Positions 18,081 through 27,746 of a DNA stretch of 64,000 bases are shown here, piece after piece. The stretch's first letter is position 1. Every line of letters begins with the position of its first letter. The stretch spans positions 1 through 64,000 of the IMG/VR virus record IMGVR_UViG_3300042937_000753, one strand, 5' to 3'. Source of the stretch: a virus. Position numbers and translations under genes: made by a program. The notes below the pieces were generated by a model. That model made no database searches and was not told the DNA's origin. It saw only the letters and a list, made by a program, of their open reading frames with translations.

Positions 18081-21000
18081 ATGGCACAATATCCACAAGG
18101 TGTTACCGATTTTATTCCTGATTATCAACCCACTCAACCAGATTTTAATTTTCTTTCAAATGTCATTCAACTGAAACAATCACAATATGATCAGAATTGG
18201 AGTAAGTTAAATAACATGTATGGGCAATTATTAAATGCTCCATTAACTCATGATGAAAGTGTCAAAAAAAGAGATAATACATTTAAAAGAATAGACTTTG
18301 ATTTAAAAAGAGTTACTGGTATGGACTTATCTTTAGAACAAAATGTCCAACAAGCTACACAATTGTTTAGACCATTTTATGAGGATTCAAATCTAATGAA
18401 AGATATGGCCTTTACAAAAAATGTTGGTTTTGAAAGATCATTGGGTGAAGGTAAAAGAATTTCTACTGATGAAAAAATTAATGGAGAATATTGGAAGGGT
18501 GGCATTGATGCCATTGATTATAGAGTACAAGAATTTAAAGCAACTCCTTATGAGCAATTGACAGGTTTTGGAGATGTTAAATATACTCCATATGTCAATG
18601 TAGAAAAAATGGCTCAGGAATTAGCATTAAAAATGAAGATAGATGTTAAATCAGTAACCCCACAAGGAGACTGGATGGTTACTCAAAAAAATGGTCAGCA
18701 AATTATTCAACCTCTACAGAGTTTGTTCTTTAATGCATATGGAAAGGATCCAAAGGTTAGAGACTTCTATTCAACATTAGCATATCTTGAAAGAAAGAAT
18801 ACTGTAACACGTGATAAAGATAAGCCTGAGTTTGGTGGTAATGCTGAGTTAGCTGAGAAAGATTATCTCAATAGAACATTGAAGGTAATGAAGAATCAGA
18901 CAACACTAAATAAAACTGCTTTAGTTAGTGAAAAGAATACTAATGATAAAATGATTAAAAAATTAGAGAAGTCACTGGCTGATGGAACTGATATTGAAAC
19001 TACACAAGGTGCTTTAGATAGTTATATGCAAGCTAATGAAGATATACTTTCAATGCTTAAGCAAAATGAAGATGATCTAAAAATGTTAGATGGAAATTTA
19101 AATAGTACACTTACATCACAAGGAGGAAGTAAACTATCTACAGATAACATAGAAGAATTAAGAGGTAAAGTAGATGCTGCTACAGGATCAAACTTATTAC
19201 AAGCAGATTTAAATAAAGCTGTTATGGATTATATAGGTCTTCATAGTGAAGTATCTTATGATCCAAATCCATTTGCTGTACAAAGACAAAAGTATCAATA
19301 TGATTCTTCATTGATTGGTCAAAGAGCATCTGCACAAAAAGATGTAGCCTTATTTAAGTATAACTTAGATATGGATAAGTTGCAATATAAAGCTAAAGCA
19401 GATTCTGGAATGTATTCAGTTGATCCAAAAAATGGAAAACTTGAAATAAAACCTGAGTTAGCTAATGTTGAAGCAATAGTAGATCTTATGGCTAAAACAA
19501 GTGGTATTGATCCTAAAGAAATAAGACAAAATATTACAGACTTATTTAAAGGAGAAGCTAACTCAGCTAAAACAGCTATGGCAAGTTTAATGAATGAGTT
19601 ACAAGCAGAAGGCACACTTTCTAATAGTGAGTTATTATACATTATGCAAGACGAAGCCTACAGTGGTTTTAATATGAAACCAATGTTGAAATGGCTTAAA
19701 GACAATGGAAGTAAATCAAAAGATACTAAACTTGACCCTAAGATGGGTGCTATGCTAATGGAAGAAGGTATGTATACAACATCCCTTGAAAAAGAAATGA
19801 TGGGTAATGAGTCTGGTTTTGAAGAAGGTCAGGCAAAACTTCAATCAATGGCTAAAGGTTCATTAGAAGATGTTTCTCCTGAAGCAGTAACAAGAATGAC
19901 TAAAAGATTACTTACTGTAATTGATAAGAAGAAAGATGATGTAGCTATAAGAGAAAATAGCAATGTAAAAAAACTTGTAACTATGAGTCATTCACTTGAT
20001 GACTATGCTGGTTTTAGAAGAACAGAAATAAAAGCAAAAGAAAAGTGGGCCCAAGAAGTAGCAGGTAGAATGAAGGGAGAAGGTTTTGAATATCCAGATG
20101 CAATGTTTGATGATGAATTAAATTTTGTAGCAGATGAAAAAGCTTTCTTAGCTAATGTTGCAAAAAAACATCCTAATGATATTCAGTTAGCTAATGGCAT
20201 GTCTTGGGGAGGTTTTTGGAATACAGTAAACTCGGGCGCATTAGCTGGAGGTCTTGCTGGTTTTGCGGGTGGTCCATTTGCTGGAATTACTGTTCCTGCT
20301 GGATCGGCAATGGGAGGTGCATCAGGAGCTTTTGCTTATACAACTACTGGTCTTTTAAACATGGGTTATAATGCTTTATTTGGAGATGGTTCTGCTAGTA
20401 GTACACAATTAAAAAATGCAAATACATCTAGCTTTGGTAATCCTTATACGGTAAGTGAAGAGTTTGAAGCAATGAAAGAAGCATATGATACATATGTTTT
20501 AGATAGTAAATTGACATCTGAGATACCAGGATTAGAACAAATAATTGGTAGTGATGGTACAGGTAAATATACAAAGGCGGGTTCTGGTATTACTGTTGAT
20601 CCCGGTATACTTTCACCTACATACCAACATTTTTTAGAGATTAAAAAAGTTTTAAGAAACTTAGATATAGGAGCTGATGATGGTAATACATATGTTTCAT
20701 TTGCTGGTGTTAATGCAACGGCTGATGAAATTGATAAAAAATTTCAAAATGGTGATGATGGTGGAATAGTAGTTGGTAATGAAGCATGGGCTGCAATATG
20801 GGCGGACTTAAATCCAAGAACTGGTAAAAAAGATTCTGGTTTAGGAAGGTTTATAGTTGGTGTATCACCATTAGCCGGTGAAGATGCAACTAAAGCTGCT
20901 ATACAATTTAGACTTCCTGCAGACTATTTAAAGAAATTTAAACCAGATGCTGATGGTAAAGGTATTATGGACATTGATGCTTATAATGAAATGTTAAAAA

Positions 21001-21389
21001 ATGGTATTACTATAGTTACTGATGCAAGAAATTTATCAGGTTTATCTATGTATAGAAATTCATTTAAGACACCTGAACAATTAAGAATTGAAAAAGCAGG
21101 TGGTGAGGGAGTTACATATACTGACCCAACACTTCCGGGTATTGAATTAAATTATAAAATGAATCCTGTTGATCAATCTAAAATTATTGTAACAACAAGT
21201 TATGATCAATATATGGGGCCTGGAGTTGAAAGACAAAGAATTAATTTGGTGACATCCCTTTCTAATCAGGGTGCTAACTTAAAAACCAATAGAGAAAATT
21301 TCTTTGTGGGAGATCCATCAAGCGGAGATATTGATGGTCCAAAAATTCAAAAAATGCAAAATCAGTCAAGAAAACAATATGGAAACTAG
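18081..21389 (+). CDS. Ejection/cargo protein with glycine-zipper membrane segment (1102 aa)
   Basis: Helical coiled-coil composition; GALAGGLAGFAGGPFAGITVPAGSAMGGASGAFAY; no Cys; position directly before the giant virion genes as in crAss-like phages. Confidence 0.6.
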   Translation: MAQYPQGVTDFIPDYQPTQPDFNFLSNVIQLKQSQYDQNWSKLNNMYGQLLNAPLTHDESVKKRDNTFKRIDFDLKRVTGMDLSLEQNVQQATQLFRPFYEDSNLMKDMAFTKNVGFERSLGEGKRISTDEKINGEYWKGGIDAIDYRVQEFKATPYEQLTGFGDVKYTPYVNVEKMAQELALKMKIDVKSVTPQGDWMVTQKNGQQIIQPLQSLFFNAYGKDPKVRDFYSTLAYLERKNTVTRDKDKPEFGGNAELAEKDYLNRTLKVMKNQTTLNKTALVSEKNTNDKMIKKLEKSLADGTDIETTQGALDSYMQANEDILSMLKQNEDDLKMLDGNLNSTLTSQGGSKLSTDNIEELRGKVDAATGSNLLQADLNKAVMDYIGLHSEVSYDPNPFAVQRQKYQYDSSLIGQRASAQKDVALFKYNLDMDKLQYKAKADSGMYSVDPKNGKLEIKPELANVEAIVDLMAKTSGIDPKEIRQNITDLFKGEANSAKTAMASLMNELQAEGTLSNSELLYIMQDEAYSGFNMKPMLKWLKDNGSKSKDTKLDPKMGAMLMEEGMYTTSLEKEMMGNESGFEEGQAKLQSMAKGSLEDVSPEAVTRMTKRLLTVIDKKKDDVAIRENSNVKKLVTMSHSLDDYAGFRRTEIKAKEKWAQEVAGRMKGEGFEYPDAMFDDELNFVADEKAFLANVAKKHPNDIQLANGMSWGGFWNTVNSGALAGGLAGFAGGPFAGITVPAGSAMGGASGAFAYTTTGLLNMGYNALFGDGSASSTQLKNANTSSFGNPYTVSEEFEAMKEAYDTYVLDSKLTSEIPGLEQIIGSDGTGKYTKAGSGITVDPGILSPTYQHFLEIKKVLRNLDIGADDGNTYVSFAGVNATADEIDKKFQNGDDGGIVVGNEAWAAIWADLNPRTGKKDSGLGRFIVGVSPLAGEDATKAAIQFRLPADYLKKFKPDADGKGIMDIDAYNEMLKNGITIVTDARNLSGLSMYRNSFKTPEQLRIEKAGGEGVTYTDPTLPGIELNYKMNPVDQSKIIVTTSYDQYMGPGVERQRINLVTSLSNQGANLKTNRENFFVGDPSSGDIDGPKIQKMQNQSRKQYGN

Positions 21390-24300
21390 TTCAGAAAATT
21401 TGCAATCAACATTAGACACTAGTGGAAATAAAGTACCTGTTATAACTAATTTAGGATTAGCTGATGGTACATCAAATCCACTACAAGTTAAACAAATAAA
21501 TGCTTCTGTATCACCACAGTCTTCACCATTTGTAAAACCTCAAAGAAATCCTCCAACATTTGATCCAAAAGCTCAGATAGCTGCCATGCAAGAATGGCAT
21601 GATTCAACTGTAAATTCACAGCAGGATAATAATGAATGGTCAAAAGTGTCTTCATATGATTCAGGGCCAAGTGGTACTTTTTATGATAGATATGCAGATT
21701 TACAAGACTATGGTAAAGTTGAATTTCATCCTACAAGAAATAATGAAGCTATACTAAATAGAAACACTTCATTTGCGGGTGACTTATATAGAACTACTAC
21801 TCAAGCATTGCTTCCAATGATATGGAATGGTGTTAAAAGTACCTTTGCTAGTACGGCTAAAATCTTTAATGAAGGAGATTTTTTTGGTGCAGATCAAAGA
21901 CTTGCTAGAGATTATGCTAGAATTACTGCAAAGAATTCTTCTTCTAAAGATAACTTGGGTTCTTTTGTAAATAATCTAACATTGAATCTTGGTTATACCA
22001 TAGGTATAATGGGAACAGCTTTATTTGAAAACTGGGCAGGTGCTGCTGTTGGAGGTCTTACTGGTGCTAAAGCAATTAGTACAAAATCTGCTAATTTATT
22101 ATTTAAAGAATATCAGGCTGGTAAAGCTATTGATGGTTTAGGTTCATATACTCAAATGCTTGATGAACTTAAAGACATTAATGTTGTAAGACAACAATGG
22201 GAAAAAGCAAATGGTATTGGTAAAGCACAAAAGTTTATGCAATCGGCTCCTGTTAGAGCACTTAATCCATTAAGTAATTTAACTGATAATGCATATTCTA
22301 TATTAAATTCTACAGATGATTTTACTGGTTACATGAAATCAGGTAGACAATTTATGAATACCGCAGGAGCTGCTTATAGAGATTTTAGAAATATAAATTT
22401 AGCAGTAGCTGAAGCAAGGCTAGAATCCGGAATGGTTTATAATACTATGTTTGATGATCTATATAGAGAACATCAAATTAAATTTGGTAAGAATCCAGAT
22501 GAAAAAGAATTACAAGATATAATAACACAATCTAGACAAGCCGCATATGAGACTTCATTTATGAATGCAGGCTTGATATATGCTACAAATAAAATAAGTT
22601 TTGATAATATTCTTAATCCTAGAATTGGTACGCAAGGTTTTCTAAAACAAAGAATGTTAGATTGGAAAACTATTGGTGGAGGGAGATTTGGTGAACTAGG
22701 TACTATTGCATTTGATGTAGCTAAGAATGAATGGAAGTTCGGAGAAAAAGGATTTAAGACTTGGTGGAACGGTTGGAAAACAGATCCATTTCATAAATCA
22801 GTTTGGGGAACAGTTGGTTATTTTAAAAGAAATATCTTTGAAGGGGTTCAAGAATCCTTACAGGAAACAATTTCTTCAGCAAATGAAAAATATTATAAGG
22901 ATAGTTTTTATTCAACACCTGTAAGAAAAAATTTAGTATCTAAAGCTGCTTTTGGAAAAGGAACAACACCGATGTCATATTATGGTGAAGGGGTAAAAGA
23001 ACAATTTAGCAAAGAAGGTCTTGCTACATTTGCTTCGGGTTTTGCAATGGGTTCATTAGCAGGTGGATTAAATTCATCAATGACTTTTTTATATGAAAAG
23101 GCAAATCAAATATTTGATCCAAAAACATATGAGGTTTATAAAACTGAGAAAAGTAAAATAGTTGATGATCTTGTAACACAAATGAATGCCTTTGGAATTG
23201 AGGAGATGATTAATAGCCGTCTCTTTAATGGAGGTACACAAGATATATTAGCTAAAGTTCAGGAATCAGGTAACAAAAAAGAAGTAATGGATGCTGAGTC
23301 AGAAGCATTAGTACAACATTTTTCAATGTTACATGAGTACGGAGTTTTAGATATGTACTTAGATGCTGTTGAAAGTTATTCTAAATATACTGATCCTGAA
23401 TTTAAAGAAGCTTTTCCAAAAGTTGCTGATGGAGATATTAGTAAATATAGAGCTAGAATTCCTGAAGTTGTAAATAAAGCAAGAGCTATTAAGGATAGAC
23501 TTGAAACATATAATAAGATTTATCCTAATCCTATTGATCTTTCTAAAATGAACAAAGATGATGCTGATTATGAAGAAGCTTACATAATGCATCACTCTTG
23601 GAACTGGGGAATAAAATCTGCAGTATTTTATAATGAAGTTTTTGATGATGCTAGAGATAGAATGGTTAAAATAATGAATAAACATTATCAAGAAAGACCA
23701 TTGCAATCAATGACAAAAAGACAATCAGATGTTATACTTCGTCCAGAGCAAATGAGAAATGAAATGGGTCTTTTAAAAAATGAGGCTGATAGTCTTCTTG
23801 CTGTAGGGGATGCTGAATCTAAAAAAGTTGCAAAAGAAAAATTAAAACAGATTGAAGCATATGCAAAATATGTTGAAGCTTATGATGAATTTAGTGAATA
23901 CTATCATAGAGATAGATATTTTAATAGAGCTAAATCAATTGTACAGTCAGAAAAAGCTGAAGGAGAACAAGTTACAGATGAAGAAGTTGATCAATATTTA
24001 GAAGATAGATTTGGGCCAAAAAATGCAGAGACAGAGCAAGAGATTCTTTTAAACTTAGAAAAGCAATATAATAATTTATTAAAATCAATTTCAGGAAAAC
24101 CTGATGATTATCTATTTACAAATAAAGTAGATGAAGGATTTGAACTTGTACTTGATTTCTATAAGTTAAATGATGAGTCTAGAGAAATGGTTGATGTAAT
24201 AAATCTAATGAATGATCCAAAAGGATTCTTAGATGTGTATTACAAAAATGAAAAATGGATGACTGATCTTTGGTTAAAGAGAGGTGACTATTATAGAGAC

Positions 24301-27300
24301 ATTGTAACTCAAGAATTATCTCAAATTGAAGATAATGGTTTGCTTAACTATTTAGCTAACCAGGGTATCTATATGAATGCTAATGACTTCATTCTCTACA
24401 GAGATCAAGACATTCCGCCAAAAGAATTCTATGATGAAAAAAAACAGTTAGTAATTCCTGAAGGAAGTTTAGCATATGATAGATACTATGCAATACTTAA
24501 TAGATACAAAGGTCTTAAAACAATTGAAGGTATGGCTAGAAAACAAGCTATGCAAGCAGAACTAGAAGTTAGAATTGCACAACTTGCTGAAAGAAGAGAT
24601 AAAGAGATTGAAAGATTAGGTACTCAGTTTGAAGAAAACTTAGTAGAAACAACAGGAGAAACAAGAGAAGCTTGGGAGAAAAAAGAACCTGCTACAACTC
24701 AAGGTAGAACACAAGAACAAATTGATGAAGACATAAAAGGTTTAAAAGCTAATTTACAACTTATTGAAGATGCTGAATCAATAGATGAAATATATCAATT
24801 ATATGAAGCCTTTGCTGAGCAAGAATTAATTCCTGAAAACTACTTTGCACTTATTGATGAGGCAATGGTAGCTAATGAAAAAGAAGCTAAAAAATTCTTT
24901 AAATCAACAAAAGATTCTGGAGCTGATGTAGAAACAAGACAGAAAGCAACTCAGCATAAAATTACATTGCCTCAAGTTTTAAAAGATAAGATTGCTGCAG
25001 TTACTTCTGAAGAAGCTGTTACTGAAGTAGATGATACACGTCCTATTGAAAATACAGAAGCATGGAAAGATTATCAGAAACAAGTTAAAACTACAACTGA
25101 AAGATACCAAACTTTAATTGATAAACTTAAAGCAGAAAGAATTGATTCTGAAGAAGAGGTTCCTAGACCACCATCTGCTCCAGCAAAAAGAGATAGTAAA
25201 AAAGATGTAGATTTAAATGCTCCTTGGAATGAACTTCCTGAAGATTTAAAAAATGAATTACAGGAAGCCTTTAATATTTTCTTGACATCTCCTGCACCAG
25301 AAGGATTAGGTAAACCAGCTGATTTACAAAGGATTAATCCTATGCAATATGAAATGTTGCGTAACAATTGGTTAGAACAACAAAAAGGTCTTATTGATGA
25401 TTATAATAATAGAGCTGTAGATGAAAAATCAGCTCAACCCGTAATTAAATATTTGACTCTTAAGAAACCTATTGATAAATATGGTCTTACTCAACTTAGA
25501 GCCATGACTGATGAACTTCAATCCATGTTGGATAGAAATTCTAATTATGATGGTACAGCCTTAACTAATTTGGAAAAGGCTGATATGAAGAATGATGTAA
25601 AAGAACTTCAAAAATATATTGTTTACCGAAGAGCAAACTATATGCCTAAAGATAATACTGAAAGAGTATTTAGAATCTTTGAGGAAATGGTAGTTAACAA
25701 GCAGAATGGAGTCTCAAGAATTCTTGATGCTGCAGGAAACACAACGGGTTATGAATTTCCAGGACAAGATGGTAAACCATTACGGGTTACTAAAGTTACT
25801 GAGGAGATTGAAATTAAAATGACTGGTAAAGAACCATACTTATATGATGGAGTTAAAGAAACATACATAGGTAAAGATGGTAAACCTAGAGGTGGTCAGT
25901 TATTAAATCTATTTAGAGAACTTAAAAATGATGACTCTATAAAGACAGATGCTGATAGACTGAATTTATTTATGTCCAGTCTTGAGACTACATTAAAAGA
26001 TAATAAATTACCTCAGTTAAAAAGTCAAAAGAAAGTTGATGCAATAAGAAAAGCTCTTACAAATAATTTTACAGAACAGACTCTTATTGCTGTAGTTAAA
26101 GATGTTGCTCACAGTGAATCAACTACTGCTGGAAACACTTTAGATACAATGACAAGAGATTCATTTAAAACTAATTCTGATGGAGGGTTTGTTAAACCTG
26201 AAAAACCAGCAAGAATGGCTCAGGATGCATATGATAATTTATTTGGAGATTTTGGAGTAATCACTCAATTACAAGATTCTGTAATAGATGGTAAGTATGA
26301 GATTCTTTCATCTGATGTAATTATTTATGATCCTACTTTACTTGAGTCAGGTCTTGTAGGAGCAATGGACTTAATTGCTTTTGATAAAACTACAGGTGAT
26401 ATTAAGATTATTGATATCAAAACAGGTAAGCCAGAAAACTGGAAAAACTTTGATACTGAAAGTGAGTACAGTAAAAAACTAAACTATAGATTACAGCAGT
26501 CAATTTATAGAGCCTTGTTATTCAACATGACAGGAATATTAGCTAAGAGTATATCAATACTTCCTATTGCTATTACTACTGATATGGAAGGTAACATTCT
26601 TTCTGCAGAATCTGCAGCTAAAGTTGTAAATGGAAATGCTATTAGAGAACTTAAAACTAAAAAGCTTACATTAGAAAATGCATCTAAACCTGATGTAGAT
26701 AAAATTAATACTTTAGAAAAACAGATTAAAGAGCTAGAAAAAGCAACAACAGTTCCTCTTCTACCAGTAGAAGATAGTGTATTAGCTGAGAATGGTATTG
26801 TAATGAAAGCACCAAACCTACCTGAAAACTTAAAACCTGAAGGGGTAGGTGAAAAAGCTTCTGAACCTAACTTAACTGAAGAACAGAAAAAAACAGAAAT
26901 TAAAAGATTAAAATCTGAAATTGCTAAAATAGATAAGAAGTTAGCTGGTCTTAAAGATGGTGGGATCATAAATGTTGGAGACATGGTAACAACATCTCCT
27001 GCTTATGACAAACTAATTAATAAAAGAAAACAGTTTGAAGATAAGTTATCTGAGTTTGAGACTAAAGAAAATAAAGAAAAAGATGAAGATGAAATAAGTG
27101 ATGAAATCAAAGCCATGAAAAAAGGTGTTAAGGAACTTTTCCCTCAACCTGAAACAATCACTTCTGAAATATTTAAAAGTCTTCTTGCTAAAATAAGAAA
27201 TTCTCAAACATTGGCAGACCTTGAAAATGCTTACAATGATGCTATTGTAGAAATTATTGGTGAGTCAGATATTACATTTAATGATATGGTTGAGAATGTT

Positions 27301-27744
27301 TATGAGATTAGAAAATTAGCTTTAAATGTAGATACTTCTCAAGAGGAAAACATTAATAAAGGTGATTATCTTATTAGTAAAAATCCTATCTTTACAGGAT
27401 CCGTAGATGAGATTGTAGTTGTTAAAAAAGTAGCTGATGGTAAGGTTACTATAAAAGAACTTGAGGGTACAAGACAAAAAACTTTTACAATAGCTCAGAT
27501 TGCTGCAGGCTTTAGCAAAACTACAGAAGATGCATTAAAAATTGAACAAGAAGAAACTATGGGCTCTACTCCAGATGAAAAATTAAATTCTACTATATCT
27601 AAAAATAGTCTTGAAGAGTTTTCTAAAAATGCTGATCTTATAGATAAGGCAAAACAAAATATTGGAACATCAAGAAAAGATAGATTAGCTGCATTAAAAA
27701 ATGCATCTAAAGATGATAACATTAATAATTGTAAACCTAAATAA
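21379..27744 (+). CDS. Giant ejection protein with TM segments and PD-(D/E)XK nuclease domain (about 2121 aa)
   Basis: Likely start is ATG 21379 (A-rich context, overlaps upstream stop). GAMDLIAFDK..KIIDIKTG..YRLQQSIY nuclease motif near 26350-26520; hydrophobic segments in the N-terminal third; single Cys four residues from the C-terminus. Confidence 0.7.
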   Translation: METSSENLQSTLDTSGNKVPVITNLGLADGTSNPLQVKQINASVSPQSSPFVKPQRNPPTFDPKAQIAAMQEWHDSTVNSQQDNNEWSKVSSYDSGPSGTFYDRYADLQDYGKVEFHPTRNNEAILNRNTSFAGDLYRTTTQALLPMIWNGVKSTFASTAKIFNEGDFFGADQRLARDYARITAKNSSSKDNLGSFVNNLTLNLGYTIGIMGTALFENWAGAAVGGLTGAKAISTKSANLLFKEYQAGKAIDGLGSYTQMLDELKDINVVRQQWEKANGIGKAQKFMQSAPVRALNPLSNLTDNAYSILNSTDDFTGYMKSGRQFMNTAGAAYRDFRNINLAVAEARLESGMVYNTMFDDLYREHQIKFGKNPDEKELQDIITQSRQAAYETSFMNAGLIYATNKISFDNILNPRIGTQGFLKQRMLDWKTIGGGRFGELGTIAFDVAKNEWKFGEKGFKTWWNGWKTDPFHKSVWGTVGYFKRNIFEGVQESLQETISSANEKYYKDSFYSTPVRKNLVSKAAFGKGTTPMSYYGEGVKEQFSKEGLATFASGFAMGSLAGGLNSSMTFLYEKANQIFDPKTYEVYKTEKSKIVDDLVTQMNAFGIEEMINSRLFNGGTQDILAKVQESGNKKEVMDAESEALVQHFSMLHEYGVLDMYLDAVESYSKYTDPEFKEAFPKVADGDISKYRARIPEVVNKARAIKDRLETYNKIYPNPIDLSKMNKDDADYEEAYIMHHSWNWGIKSAVFYNEVFDDARDRMVKIMNKHYQERPLQSMTKRQSDVILRPEQMRNEMGLLKNEADSLLAVGDAESKKVAKEKLKQIEAYAKYVEAYDEFSEYYHRDRYFNRAKSIVQSEKAEGEQVTDEEVDQYLEDRFGPKNAETEQEILLNLEKQYNNLLKSISGKPDDYLFTNKVDEGFELVLDFYKLNDESREMVDVINLMNDPKGFLDVYYKNEKWMTDLWLKRGDYYRDIVTQELSQIEDNGLLNYLANQGIYMNANDFILYRDQDIPPKEFYDEKKQLVIPEGSLAYDRYYAILNRYKGLKTIEGMARKQAMQAELEVRIAQLAERRDKEIERLGTQFEENLVETTGETREAWEKKEPATTQGRTQEQIDEDIKGLKANLQLIEDAESIDEIYQLYEAFAEQELIPENYFALIDEAMVANEKEAKKFFKSTKDSGADVETRQKATQHKITLPQVLKDKIAAVTSEEAVTEVDDTRPIENTEAWKDYQKQVKTTTERYQTLIDKLKAERIDSEEEVPRPPSAPAKRDSKKDVDLNAPWNELPEDLKNELQEAFNIFLTSPAPEGLGKPADLQRINPMQYEMLRNNWLEQQKGLIDDYNNRAVDEKSAQPVIKYLTLKKPIDKYGLTQLRAMTDELQSMLDRNSNYDGTALTNLEKADMKNDVKELQKYIVYRRANYMPKDNTERVFRIFEEMVVNKQNGVSRILDAAGNTTGYEFPGQDGKPLRVTKVTEEIEIKMTGKEPYLYDGVKETYIGKDGKPRGGQLLNLFRELKNDDSIKTDADRLNLFMSSLETTLKDNKLPQLKSQKKVDAIRKALTNNFTEQTLIAVVKDVAHSESTTAGNTLDTMTRDSFKTNSDGGFVKPEKPARMAQDAYDNLFGDFGVITQLQDSVIDGKYEILSSDVIIYDPTLLESGLVGAMDLIAFDKTTGDIKIIDIKTGKPENWKNFDTESEYSKKLNYRLQQSIYRALLFNMTGILAKSISILPIAITTDMEGNILSAESAAKVVNGNAIRELKTKKLTLENASKPDVDKINTLEKQIKELEKATTVPLLPVEDSVLAENGIVMKAPNLPENLKPEGVGEKASEPNLTEEQKKTEIKRLKSEIAKIDKKLAGLKDGGIINVGDMVTTSPAYDKLINKRKQFEDKLSEFETKENKEKDEDEISDEIKAMKKGVKELFPQPETITSEIFKSLLAKIRNSQTLADLENAYNDAIVEIIGESDITFNDMVENVYEIRKLALNVDTSQEENINKGDYLISKNPIFTGSVDEIVVVKKVADGKVTIKELEGTRQKTFTIAQIAAGFSKTTEDALKIEQEETMGSTPDEKLNSTISKNSLEEFSKNADLIDKAKQNIGTSRKDRLAALKNASKDDNINNCKPK

Positions 27745-27746
27745 AA

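Noticed and set aside
21304-21378. GTG start for the 2146-aa ORF
   Set aside because: It lies 86 nt inside the upstream gene. ATG 21379 has the typical A-rich context and a short overlap. The extension would add one Cys, so this choice affects the Cys count.
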